NCBI GenBank assembly: GCA_046754465.1
Contig: JBHHVU010000012.1
Location: 1,850 to 65,849 of the forward strand
Length of the DNA: 64,000 nt
Direction of reading: 5' to 3'
Source of the DNA: Nitrospinaceae bacterium
GTDB lineage: Bacteria > Nitrospinota > Nitrospinia > Nitrospinales > VA-1
A program made the translations under genes and the position numbers. Under the pieces are notes generated by a model. That model did no database searches. It was not told where the DNA came from and saw nothing but the letters and a program-made list of their open reading frames with translations. Shown in pieces: positions 30,101-38,179 of the stretch; the stretch's first letter is position 1; each line of letters opens with the position of its first letter.

Positions 30101-31878
30101 CGCGAATGGCTTTCCGAAGCCGTCAACTCTTTCAACAAGGACCAATTCGCATGGCGGCCGAAAAGTTCATCGCACCGTTGCAGCGTTTCCCGGAAAACAG
30201 GCTCCTCGTCCAGAAGTTGGCGTCCCATCCCCCACCACTGAGGCCCCTGCCCTGAAAAGACAAATACCAGTTTGGGCGACGCCCCCCGGGTTTTCCGTCC
30301 GGAGGCCCACCCCGTTTGCCGCTCCCCATTCACCACCGCTTGAAGATTCGCTTTCATCTCCTCCACCGACCGCCCCACCAGCGCCAGGCGGTGATCATGG
30401 TGACTCCGCCGGACGCTGGCGGTATAACAAACATCGTTCAAAGCGGTGAGGGACCAGTTTTTTTCCTCGTCAAAGAATTCAAGATATTTTTCGGTGAACT
30501 CCTTAAGCGCCTTGGGACAGCGTGCCGACAAGGGCAAACAAAACCACCGCGGGCGGGTCAAACTTGCACTGGAGGGAAGTGGATCGGCCTCCGGCGGGGC
30601 TTCTTGAAGGATCACGTTGGCGTTGGTCCCCCCAAAACCAAAGGAATTCACTCCGGAGATCGCGGGACCGGGTGTTTCGGGCCAGGGGATAAGGGTTTGC
30701 GGCACCCGCAAACGATACTCCTCGAATTTGATGCTGGGATTGGGGTGATTGAAATGCAGGTTGGGAGGAATCTGGCGGTGTCTCAAGGCCAGGACGCTTT
30801 TGATGAAGCTGGCGATGCCTGAAGCAGATTCCAAATGCCCGATATTGGATTTCACCGAACCGATAAAACAATATTCCCCGGGCGGACGGCTTTCCACCAG
30901 CACTTCCCCCTGCGCATTGGCTTCAATGGGGTCGCCCACCGGCGTTCCCGTTCCATGGGCTTCCACGAACTGGATCTGATGGGGCGCGATACCGGCCTGA
31001 CGGCAAGCTTTTCTCAACAACGTCTTCTGGGATTCCAAATCGGGCACCGGCATTCCCGGGGTGCGGCCATCCTGGTTGACCACGGTGGAAAGCACGAGGG
31101 CGCCAATGGGGTCTTTATCCTCCAAAGCCTTGGCAAGCGGTTTTAAAACGACGATTCCAGCGCCTTCGCCGCGGACATACCCGTTTCCCCCGGCATCGAA
31201 GGACTTACAGCGGCCATCCTGGGAGAGCATCCCCCCCTTGCCAAGAGCTATGGTGGTATCCGGAGATAAAATGATATTGACCCCGCCCGCCAGGGCCAAT
31301 TCGGACTCGCCATTCCAAATACTGCGGCAGGCCAGATGCACCGCCACCAGAGAGGAGGAACAGGCGGTGTCCACCGCCAGGCTCGGCCCCTTGAAATCGA
31401 AAAAATAAGAAAGACGATTGGCGGCTACGCTGAGGGCCACCCCCATTCCCACATGGCTGTCAACCATATGCAGATCGTTTTTCATAATATCCCTGAATTC
31501 GACTCCGGAAATACCTATAAAAACCCCCGTCCTGCTTCCCGCAAGCCTTTCCGGTACCTGACCGGCATCTTCCAGGGCCTGCCAGGCGCACTCGAGCAGA
31601 ACCCTTTGCTGAGGGTCTACATGGGCGGCCTCGCGCGGCGAAATTTCAAAAAAACGAGGATCGAACATGGCGACGGAATTGATGAAACCGCCCCAGCGGG
31701 AAACCGTCTTTCCCGGCGCCCTGGGATTGTGGCTGTAATAGGCCATGGCATTCCAGCGGCTTTCCGGAATTTCCGTAATGGCATCCCTGCCTTGCCGAAG
31801 CAAATCCCAATAGGCTTCCGGGCTATCCACCCCGCCGGGGAAACGGCAACTCAATCCAATAACGGCAATGGGGTCCAT
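24190..31878 (-). CDS. Single-module highly reducing type I PKS (KS-AT-DH-MT-like-ER-KR-ACP), no thioesterase
   Basis: KS DTACSSS/EAHGTGT/NIGHLE; AT GHSMG/YAFHS; DH DHVVKKANLFPGAG/HPSLLDAGFQ; MT ELGAGKGG; ER LIHAASGGVGLAA; KR ITGGLGGFG/VLDD/GQANYVAAN; ACP LGMDSL; short acidic tail. Confidence 0.96.
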   Translation of the reverse strand: MDPIAVIGLSCRFPGGVDSPEAYWDLLRQGRDAITEIPESRWNAMAYYSHNPRAPGKTVSRWGGFINSVAMFDPRFFEISPREAAHVDPQQRVLLECAWQALEDAGQVPERLAGSRTGVFIGISGVEFRDIMKNDLHMVDSHVGMGVALSVAANRLSYFFDFKGPSLAVDTACSSSLVAVHLACRSIWNGESELALAGGVNIILSPDTTIALGKGGMLSQDGRCKSFDAGGNGYVRGEGAGIVVLKPLAKALEDKDPIGALVLSTVVNQDGRTPGMPVPDLESQKTLLRKACRQAGIAPHQIQFVEAHGTGTPVGDPIEANAQGEVLVESRPPGEYCFIGSVKSNIGHLESASGIASFIKSVLALRHRQIPPNLHFNHPNPSIKFEEYRLRVPQTLIPWPETPGPAISGVNSFGFGGTNANVILQEAPPEADPLPSSASLTRPRWFCLPLSARCPKALKEFTEKYLEFFDEEKNWSLTALNDVCYTASVRRSHHDHRLALVGRSVEEMKANLQAVVNGERQTGWASGRKTRGASPKLVFVFSGQGPQWWGMGRQLLDEEPVFRETLQRCDELFGRHANWSLLKELTASESHSRINETHITQAAIFSLQVGLAELWRSWGVIPQAVIGHSMGEAAAAYVAGIYRLEDAVQIIYHRGRLLHPMYRKGKMVVVGLSAAEATEALKGYWEDVSIAAVNGPKSVTLSGDSVALEKVIGPLLHREIFCRYLNVEYAFHSHQMEPARKELLESLRNLRGRPAVLPFYSTVRGEIEMGERMDEEYWWENVRKPVLFYKAAEKLVLDEYNTFLELAPHPVLGPGISECFSRQSRSGVVLASLNRNEEDRRVLLGSLAALYCRGMTVDWKQVHSRGGRCVSLPSYPWQKERFWHDREEKGIDPMEKNVHPFLGRGIEGAHPVWQTRLDKREYTYLGDHVVKKANLFPGAGFVEMALAAGLKISNESGCVLESVEFHNAMFLPRNRGVKMQTAFDPSDGSLTIYNLADRTNQSWTLHASATLQRQGSPGTPETVDREEIRKRCGQETSAEGLYDAFQKIGLQYGPAFRGIERAWRGDKEALGLIKNPDALGIDVRPYRIHPSLLDAGFQLCALLGSQSETFDNKLFLPVGVGKITFHGSPVHPLWVHARAVKLSNNHFEADLNFFDGSGKVWIDCQGFRCRALDHSRTNDSDNPENWLYEWNWEPSVPAGSEKTFRGAEFFPSPGELTDALKPRASLWAKRFRRNLYYDSLEPQLERLCSACVAGALESLGFRFEPGTSFSIDALADRWGLNPKRSSGLALGFHVLENQGILSREGDRWEIQSTPPRENPGEIWQSLIRRFPDYMAELNLLRNAGDYLARFLNDGAGSFLEVLREDDPLWEHFYQDAFNYRVYRALIQELIGLAMDRLPEGRKLKVLELGAGKGGSAFYVMQRLNPEISEYVFSDSSERVLEKAARKFREFPFAKYQQLDIEADPLSQGWDAHSFDLILCSNLFPSVRNTSRALGNIRQLLSSEGLFVPLETTRSAGWTELISGALRLGSVEPGETCRRALSFKEWGTVLKDAGFTSISGLGETSHADCLQTLLFARGPRLEKESALDTHPLPRPDSRGSWLIFEDDSGQGKKLGESLKRIGENCVLVGKGKTFKKLRDNRVIIRPDCPEDMGCLIDSVRKESSPLRGIVHLWSLDMPETSELSLNDLETGEREGCLNIVYLVQELAQIHWPRASRLFLVTRGGQHVSPADTLSSVAQSPVWGLGQVIQGEHANLRCKMVDLDPMNPPDGVEGLVHELWREDAEVEIALRGNQRFVRRLVRPGPKENIVKREARDKASGMPPFVLEIPAPGILENFKLRETVRRQPGPGEVEIQVRAAALNFRDVMIAMGLLPEEMDGKEHLWETLGLECSGIITALGEGVDDFQVGDEVLALSNGGCFGAYALVPALSTVHKPENLSFEESATLPAAFLTAYYMLHRAGNLRKGERVLIHAASGGVGLAAVEIAMRAGAEVFATAGSEQKRDFLRALGVKHVFDSRSLAFADEILEITHGEGVDIVLNSLAGPFVTKSVSLLKPLGRFLEIGKRDIYQNNKVALRPFLKGISFITMVDFKQGFRDFGPEFRSIIMEIMERVRQGELHSLPFRVFPISNIVSAFRTMAQARHIGKIVVSMEEPALKIIPDTPPPAAFKDNVTYLITGGLGGFGLAAAKWMVKQGARHLALMGRKGASSDDAKAGVAILRGLGAEVQVIQGDVARQEDATRALRHIDTKMPPLKGILHGAMVLDDGLLIHLSRERLHRVMAPKVHGAWNLHQQSLKRSLDFFIMFSSVANIIGNPGQANYVAANTFLESLVHYRRAKGLPGQVIHWAPLLEVGIAARQKMNERLEGQGMMSLTPRQAVDMLGKLIQGNPVQAAVFPVNWRRLGPLFPSQHMPPRFSQVWEEEFHVESDDELGVEVGDPIRPKLLAEPLEDRPQVLGDYLQKCIARVLGLPPSKLEWDQPLTELGMDSLMAMELIVRIERDLEITLPVVRFLGGPSIEQMVPWMLEEMSLNESAEEDSEENVESSGNGKGTGKLEVASERQTEEV

Positions 31879-32586
31879 CAGCGATCAACCCTTTCAAAAT
31901 GAATCATAGTTTCCTTCGCCGCCGTGTCAGGGAACATCAAACGGCGCCAATTTGATTTCAGGAGAACCCATCCAAAAAAATATTTTACTTTAGCCGAAAA
32001 TTTGTATAACAGTAATAAACTTTCCACCGGGGGCGGGGGGTTGCCCATCAGACAGGGACACGACCTGACCCCAAACATTCCCCATACCGAACCTCCTGGA
32101 CGGTCGGGGAAACGCGGAGCTGGTCCTGACAAATGACTTCATTTTTCCAATATCCTCTTTCGGCCGGGATGGGTGGGAAGGGGGCCGCTATCCCTAATCA
32201 TGAAAAAGCGGGCTAATTTCCCGGGCGTCGATTTTCGAAACGGCTTATTCCCCGTGCCACGATATCGAATGGCGTGGGGAGTCATTTTAAAGTGTATAAC
32301 CGTTGAAAATCAAATGATTTATTTGAATAAATATGGTTTACACCCCGTAAGAATTAAAGATCAAAGCGCTTATTGATATAGCGGTGATCCATTCCGCTCA
32401 AAATCCCCTGAACTCAAGGGGAAAAAACCGACTATTTTCCAAGGCGCCTTTTTATCCCGCGGCCCATCGGCGCTTAAAAGATAAATTTTTCAATCCAATT
32501 CTTTTCAAAAAACCGGATATCCGGCCGCACCCCAAGGGTCATGGCGGGTAATCCCGGGTGGCAATCTCGGATTCAAGGATGAAGCA

Positions 32587-33723
32587 ATGGTAATCGTCAA
32601 ACAGGTCAATGGAGATAAAAAAGGGATGAGGGATTTTATCGATTTTCCTTATTCCCATTACCGCCAGGATGAAAAATGGTGCCCTCCATTAAAAATAGAA
32701 AGGAAATTTTTTTTCAGTAAAAAGAATCCTTTCATGCGTCATAGCCGCATCGCGTTTTTCGTCGCCTATCAGGAAAACCGGCCAGTGGGACGCGTTACGG
32801 CTCATATGGATGAGATTTTCAACGATTATCACAAAACCCGTCAGGGGTTTTTCGGATTTTTTGAATCGGTCGAGAGCGCGGAGACCGCCGAAAAATTGAT
32901 GCGTTCCTGTGAAAACTGGATTGGATCCCAGGGCATGAATTCCTTGATCGGTCCCTTCAATTTTTCCACGAATCATGAGGTCGGTTTCCTGATCAAGGGA
33001 TTCGACAGACCCCCTATGCTGATGATGCCCTATACGAAAAAATACTATCCGGAATTGCTCTATCCCTTGGGGTACAAAAAGGAAAAAGAACTCCTTGCTT
33101 TCCGGCTGGACAAGGACACCCCCATTCCCGACTTATTTCGGCTCATGGCGGATCGGATAAAAAAGGAAGTGGGGGACTCGGTCCGGTTAAGAAACCTGGA
33201 CATGAAAAACCTGAAATCCGAACTCCGAATCATCCTGGATATTTACAATGATGCCTGGAGCAAGAACTGGGGATTCGTCCCCATGACGGATGGAGAAATC
33301 GACTCCATGGCCTGGCAACTCAAACTTTTCGCCATGACCGAATTCATCTATATTCTTTTCAAGGAGGGCGAACCCGCCGCCTTTTTGCTCATGCTTCCCG
33401 ATCTGAATGAAGGGTTGATTCATATCAAATCGGGAAAACTGTTTCCCACAGGCATTCTCAAACTCATTTTTTTCCGTAAATATATCCGGTCTGGAAGGGT
33501 GTTGCTCATGGGGGTCAAAAAGAAATTCAGGAACCAGGGCCTGGATATTCTCCTTTACAGCCGAATGATAAAAGACGGTTTCAGCAAAACATCCGATCAA
33601 CAAAGAAACGTGGAACTTTCCTGGATTCTCGAGGACAACAAAGTCATGGTGAATATTTTGAAAAGCCTGAACGCGGACCCTTATAAGAAATATCTGATTT
33701 TAAAGAAAACCCTGACCCCTTAA
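32587..33723 (+). CDS. GNAT-fold N-acyltransferase of the YghO / bacterial ceramide synthase (bCerS)-like family
   Basis: FIDFPYSHYRQDEKWCPPL, KNPF, VGRVTA, GFFGFFE, GPFNFSTNHEVGFLIKGFDRPPMLMMPY, YNDAWSKNWGFVPMT, PDLNE, ELSWILEDN match my recollection of this family. Confidence 0.75.
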   Translation: MVIVKQVNGDKKGMRDFIDFPYSHYRQDEKWCPPLKIERKFFFSKKNPFMRHSRIAFFVAYQENRPVGRVTAHMDEIFNDYHKTRQGFFGFFESVESAETAEKLMRSCENWIGSQGMNSLIGPFNFSTNHEVGFLIKGFDRPPMLMMPYTKKYYPELLYPLGYKKEKELLAFRLDKDTPIPDLFRLMADRIKKEVGDSVRLRNLDMKNLKSELRIILDIYNDAWSKNWGFVPMTDGEIDSMAWQLKLFAMTEFIYILFKEGEPAAFLLMLPDLNEGLIHIKSGKLFPTGILKLIFFRKYIRSGRVLLMGVKKKFRNQGLDILLYSRMIKDGFSKTSDQQRNVELSWILEDNKVMVNILKSLNADPYKKYLILKKTLTP

Positions 33724-33824
33724 CCCGGTATCCCCCTTTTCCGGCCTCCTCCTCCGCAAAAAAATTTTAGCTGGCGGCAAATCCATTCCCACCGTCCCTT
33801 CTCCCGCATGATGTTTCGCGCGCG

Positions 33825-34550
33825 TCAATATTCGGTGATTTCCCCTCCCGGTATGCGGCGGGTGGATTGACCCAGATCGAGGGGATGGTCGTATCCCGGC
33901 AGAATGGTCCCGTCGATGGAGTAGGGACCGATTTTGCTCCAGGTTCCGGGCTGGGTGCCGGAGACATATTCCATTTTCAAAATCGATTTGGGATTTTTAT
34001 ATCCGTATTTGAAGGGGATGATGACGCGCAGCGGGTACCCATGCTCATCCGGCAACGGCTCGCCGTCCATGGCATACGCCAGGAGGGTTTCCTCCCGGTG
34101 CAGGCATTCCCGTGAAAGGTATTCCCTGAAAGCATCGGCGCAATGAAAGACCACACCCCGGGCTTCGGGAAGCGGCCGCACAAGACTTTCCAGGTCCGTC
34201 ACCCGGCACCCCCGCCATTCGGCGCGCGCCGACCAGCATTCTACGCACTTCAGCCGCGAGGATCTTTTTTTAACGGGCAGGGACTTGATTTCGTCCAGGG
34301 TAAACCGCCGGGGGTTTTCGCAGAGTCCGGTGACTTCGAGATGCCAATGCCCGGGCCGGATACGCCGCATGGGTTTCCAGAAATTGATATAAAAATGCCG
34401 GTATTCCCCCGCCCGGGTTTTGCCAACGAAATCCGTCCCCGAAAAATAATCGGTCTCGGCCCAACCCGGAAACGGATTTTTCAACCAGGCCGCCCAAAAA
34501 ATCGCCCATCCGGAAAGCCCGTGCCGCAAGAATTTCCTTCGTGTGATCAT
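33825..34550 (-). CDS. MsrP/YedY-like molybdopterin oxidoreductase, Tat-exported
   Basis: TRRKFL twin-arginine signal; LKCVECWS Mo-Cys region; HGYPLRVIIPFKYGYKNPKSI. ATG 34550 overlaps the upstream TGA (ATGA). Confidence 0.85.
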   Translation of the reverse strand: MITRRKFLRHGLSGWAIFWAAWLKNPFPGWAETDYFSGTDFVGKTRAGEYRHFYINFWKPMRRIRPGHWHLEVTGLCENPRRFTLDEIKSLPVKKRSSRLKCVECWSARAEWRGCRVTDLESLVRPLPEARGVVFHCADAFREYLSRECLHREETLLAYAMDGEPLPDEHGYPLRVIIPFKYGYKNPKSILKMEYVSGTQPGTWSKIGPYSIDGTILPGYDHPLDLGQSTRRIPGGEITEY

Positions 34551-35206
34551 TTCGTCGACCGCGCGCATCGAAATCCCAAAAAGGGGAACCGCTGATCCGG
34601 GTCCAGAAGATTCCGGTCATAGGTTTTGCTATAGTGGTAATCCAGGTGCAGGTTCCAAAGCCCCCCTCGAACGGCGATTTTCCCCGCCTGTTGACCCGAC
34701 GTCCACTCCCAAACCGAACCGGCCATGTCATGCCCCCCATAAGGAGAAACGTCTTTTCGATCCATTCCCACCCGGCGTTTGATGAGCCCGGAAAAGTAAG
34801 GATGCGGTTTTCTTCTGGGCAGCTTTTCTCCCCAGGGGTAGGTCCGTCCGTCGGTGCCGCGGGCCGCTTTTTCCCATTCCTCTTCCGAAGGGAGACGTTT
34901 CCCCAGTGACCGGCAGAATTGTCCAGCCTCGTACCAGGTCACCTGACTCACCGGGTGTTTTTCGGCTCCCGGCCGGTAGCCATGCTGGGGAAACTGTTTG
35001 ACGAAATCCTGGTTGGTGACTTCATACGGGTCGATATAAAAGGTTTCCTGCATCACCAAACGCTCCCCGTGGGATTCGGAAATGGGGCCGGTCCCCATCC
35101 GGAAAACTCCTTCGGGGATCTCAATCATGGAGGCAAGGGTACCCGGACTACCCGGCAGAATTATAAATACGGCGGAAAGGAAACCCGGCAAAACACCCAA
35201 CGCCAT
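34547..35206 (-). CDS. FGE-sulfatase (SUMF1-like) domain protein, lacking the catalytic cysteines
   Basis: FRMG, YEVTN, PVSQVTW, RLPSEEEWEKAARG, DMAGSVWEW, RGG, GFRCA; no CxxxxC core after RGG. Start set at ATG 35206. Confidence 0.85.
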   Translation of the reverse strand: MALGVLPGFLSAVFIILPGSPGTLASMIEIPEGVFRMGTGPISESHGERLVMQETFYIDPYEVTNQDFVKQFPQHGYRPGAEKHPVSQVTWYEAGQFCRSLGKRLPSEEEWEKAARGTDGRTYPWGEKLPRRKPHPYFSGLIKRRVGMDRKDVSPYGGHDMAGSVWEWTSGQQAGKIAVRGGLWNLHLDYHYSKTYDRNLLDPDQRFPFLGFRCARSTK

Positions 35207-35207
35207 A

Positions 35208-35996
35208 TCATGAAGAGTTGACCGCCCAGTCATAGGGAATGAATTCCACCTTCAACGACTCCGGAACTTTCTGGTCCAGATACCGGTTGATGAAAGCCAG
35301 GAGCGAGGGAGCGGTTCTGGGATTCACGAAGTCCTTTTCATAAAACTTGAAGATTTCCGAAAGACGGATGATCCCGCCGGCCTCAATGGGTTGAACGTTC
35401 CCCGGGTTATTGATAAACCTCCGCGCCACGTCGTTCAATTGTTTATGAAGAATCTTTCCCTCGAACGGGACCCGTGGGAGAACGGGGCAGGACACGGTCA
35501 TGCAGTTCAAGGCAAAATGAACGCGGGGGTCGCCCAGGGGACGGATGACCTCATTCTCGTAATCGTAGAGGGAGATTTCCTCGCCGCCGACGACGAATTT
35601 GTTGAACTTAAAAAAACCGGCCCGATCCCAAAACCCGTCAAAATCCGTTGGGAATCCGCTCAAGATAATCCCGTACATCGCCAGGGCATTGTACGAGTTG
35701 AGGTAATAGGCAAGCCGATCCTCCAGGGTGGGAAAAAGTTCCGGATGATTTTTGGGGCTGTTTCTGGCGACGTAAGCGATATAAAAGTAAAGGTCGCCGG
35801 GCTGCAAAGCGATTTTTTTAAAATCCACCCTGCCACGCCAATCCACACCCGACTTCAAGACCCGGGCCCAGGCCTCGTGAGCGGCTTCCGGCGTCAAAAC
35901 CGCCGGGTCTATAGGCTGGCTCGCGGGGGGCAGGACCTCCGCCGCGCAACCGGCCATGATCATGATAAGGAAAACGCATATCCAAGGAAATCGCAT
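35208..35996 (-). CDS. DUF547 family lipoprotein
   Basis: MRFPWICVFLIMIMAGC lipobox; LAYYLNSYNA; DPRVHFALNCMTVSCP; LSEIFKFY; YDW. Confidence 0.88.
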   Translation of the reverse strand: MRFPWICVFLIMIMAGCAAEVLPPASQPIDPAVLTPEAAHEAWARVLKSGVDWRGRVDFKKIALQPGDLYFYIAYVARNSPKNHPELFPTLEDRLAYYLNSYNALAMYGIILSGFPTDFDGFWDRAGFFKFNKFVVGGEEISLYDYENEVIRPLGDPRVHFALNCMTVSCPVLPRVPFEGKILHKQLNDVARRFINNPGNVQPIEAGGIIRLSEIFKFYEKDFVNPRTAPSLLAFINRYLDQKVPESLKVEFIPYDWAVNSS

Positions 35997-36021
35997 AATT
36001 TTTTTCAGGAAGGGAAAAGAA

Positions 36022-37461
36022 TCAACCCCACACGGATTCTTCGTGGTTGTCCATTTTGTCAATTCTACCAGAATCGGCACCCAGTACCACCTTCTTTTGT
36101 TGGGTTCCGTATCCCGTGCCGCTGCTCCGCGCGGACCGGTGCAGGACTTTCCCCGGCTCCGCCGGAACCTCCCCGGACGGTAAAATATATTTCTCCCGTT
36201 TCGCGTTATGCTCGCACATCGACATGGGACCCTGGGGAGTCATCACCATGAAGGAACAGGCTTCGATCCGGTCCGGGTCCAACCGGTTGGCATCCATGAA
36301 ATTCTGGATGAAAAACGATATTTTATGGACCCTGCCCCGCGCATCGACGATCTCCTTCCTCATGCTCCACAACCGGGGCAGGAAATATTTGATGCCGCGA
36401 AGAATCCAAAGGGGTTTCCCGGACGCGGCTTTCACATAACGCCAGGCAATTCGAGAGGGCTTTTCGCGGCGGTCGTGGGTGACATGACTGAACTCTTTTA
36501 AAAAATCCGCGTAAAGGCCGGCATCGTCCAAAATTCCAAACGCCCTGCCTTTCACCGCAAACACGGGAACATAACTGTGACAGCCGGGATGCCCGACCCG
36601 AATGGCGTCCCATGGAAGCGGCGCGCCTGCGCCCTCGTTGATCTTTTGGCGAACGGACGCGAGGGAAATTCTTCCGGGCCGCCGGCGCAATACCCCCCGC
36701 CCCGTCTCCGCCTGCAACTGGAAGGAAGCGAAACCCACGCCATCGGCATGGGATAAAAAGAACCGCACCAACGCGGGAATCTCATGAAAATTGGCCCCGT
36801 GAACCGTGGTATTGAAAACCACCATGACGGGCAATCCCCTGGCCCGATCAATATATTCTTCGCGCAGCGCATTGAGCGACGTTTCCGTAGGAAAGCCCCG
36901 GCGCCCCTGGGAGAGGTCCACATGAAAGGCCACGTCGCTCAATCCGTTCTCCGCCAATTCCTCGAGCAGGTCCCGGCTGCACCGGATGCCGTTGGTGAAC
37001 AGGGCGGGAAGGAGCCCGAGTTTTCGAGTGTACCGGACGATGCAGACCAGCTCTTTTCGATTCCTCAAGGTGGGGTCCCCGCCGCTGATCTGAACGTTGG
37101 TCCCCACACCAAAATTTTCGCGGATACCGTCGATGCGGCGAAACACTTCCCGCAGGGGAAGGTCGGTGACCCCATTGGATCGATCGGACAAATAACACAG
37201 GGAGCAGTCCAGGTTGCAACGTTGGCTGATCTCAAGGGAAACGCAGCCGATGGCCCCCTTGCGGCCGAGGATCTGATTTCCCTGGTAGAACTTTCCCATC
37301 CGTTTCCGGGTCCGTTCCAGAGCCCGGGACAGTTCCAGTATTTCCCTGGCGTTGAGCCTCTCTCCCTCCCCGGGGACCAGGGTATCGATTTTTTTCCTGG
37401 CTTTCACCGTTCGCGTTTTCGGGAGCAAAGGAGAACCCATTTTCCCACGGCTCCCGCGCAA
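36022..37461 (-). CDS. Radical SAM protein related to the Tes/GDGT-MAS (MJ0619) family, without N-terminal metal domains
   Basis: RCNLDCSLC, QISGGDPT, TNG, FQLQAETGR, HPGC, FMDANRLDPDRIEAC...PMSMCEHN. Radical SAM assignment is firm; the subfamily is inferred. Confidence 0.75.
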   Translation of the reverse strand: MRGSRGKMGSPLLPKTRTVKARKKIDTLVPGEGERLNAREILELSRALERTRKRMGKFYQGNQILGRKGAIGCVSLEISQRCNLDCSLCYLSDRSNGVTDLPLREVFRRIDGIRENFGVGTNVQISGGDPTLRNRKELVCIVRYTRKLGLLPALFTNGIRCSRDLLEELAENGLSDVAFHVDLSQGRRGFPTETSLNALREEYIDRARGLPVMVVFNTTVHGANFHEIPALVRFFLSHADGVGFASFQLQAETGRGVLRRRPGRISLASVRQKINEGAGAPLPWDAIRVGHPGCHSYVPVFAVKGRAFGILDDAGLYADFLKEFSHVTHDRREKPSRIAWRYVKAASGKPLWILRGIKYFLPRLWSMRKEIVDARGRVHKISFFIQNFMDANRLDPDRIEACSFMVMTPQGPMSMCEHNAKREKYILPSGEVPAEPGKVLHRSARSSGTGYGTQQKKVVLGADSGRIDKMDNHEESVWG

Positions 37462-37468
37462 TCAGGAT

Positions 37469-38179
37469 TTATTTTCCAAAAACGTTTTTCAGGAGGTCCG
37501 TGACGCGGGCCGTGGGGTCTGTCCGGATCTTCTTTTCCTCCTGAGCTGTCATGTAAAACAGTCCTTGCAGGGATCGATCGGTCACATAGTGATCGAGGTC
37601 GAAGGATTGGGCACTAATGAAAGGCAACGATGTAAAAGTCCGCATCATGTCCTTGTAAGCCCGCGTTCCACCAACCTGGTCCAAACTTGAAGCAACAGTG
37701 GGCTTGAAAGCCGCGTAAATTTTTTTGAAGGTTTTGGATCGTAAATAATCCGTTGCCGCCGTGTCCCCGCCGTTGAGAATTTTCCTGGCATCCGAGAACG
37801 TCATCTCCTTGATCGCCCCGATGAAGTAAGATTTCGCCTTGGGGGCCGCCGCTTCCGCGGCGCGGTTCATGCTGAGAATAAACGCATCCACCTGATTTCC
37901 GTACCCCACTTTTTTCAGCATGTCCGCCACATTCTGGATTTTTTCGGGCATGAGAATTTTGATGGCCTCGTTGCTCAAATAACCGTCCGCCAGGGAAATC
38001 TTTTCCACGGCCTTTCCCGTTCCAATGGAAAGCGCTTCTTTCAGAGCCGAGATCGTCTGGTCCGCATCGCCCACGGCGGGGGGATTTATCTTTTCCAGAA
38101 AACCGTCCAGCAATCCGCCATAGGCCGTGGATGCGCCCAAAAAAACCGCCAATACAATTCCACACAAAACCTTGTTCAT
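37469..38179 (-). CDS. DUF4197 family exported protein
   Basis: ALKEALSIG, SMNRAAEAA, AATDYL, EEKKIRTDPTARVTDLLKNVFG; AAGGAG RBS before ATG 38179. Confidence 0.9.
   Translation of the reverse strand: MNKVLCGIVLAVFLGASTAYGGLLDGFLEKINPPAVGDADQTISALKEALSIGTGKAVEKISLADGYLSNEAIKILMPEKIQNVADMLKKVGYGNQVDAFILSMNRAAEAAAPKAKSYFIGAIKEMTFSDARKILNGGDTAATDYLRSKTFKKIYAAFKPTVASSLDQVGGTRAYKDMMRTFTSLPFISAQSFDLDHYVTDRSLQGLFYMTAQEEKKIRTDPTARVTDLLKNVFGK

Noticed and set aside
31879-32586. Short ORFs upstream of the PKS as possible ACP, SPT remnant or leader
   Set aside because: No DSL motif or PLP-enzyme similarity; most likely a divergent promoter region.
6015-33723. Claim of true GPI protein anchoring
   Set aside because: No transamidase (PIG-K/GPAA1-like) or evident substrate proteins in the window; only a free glycolipid is supportable.
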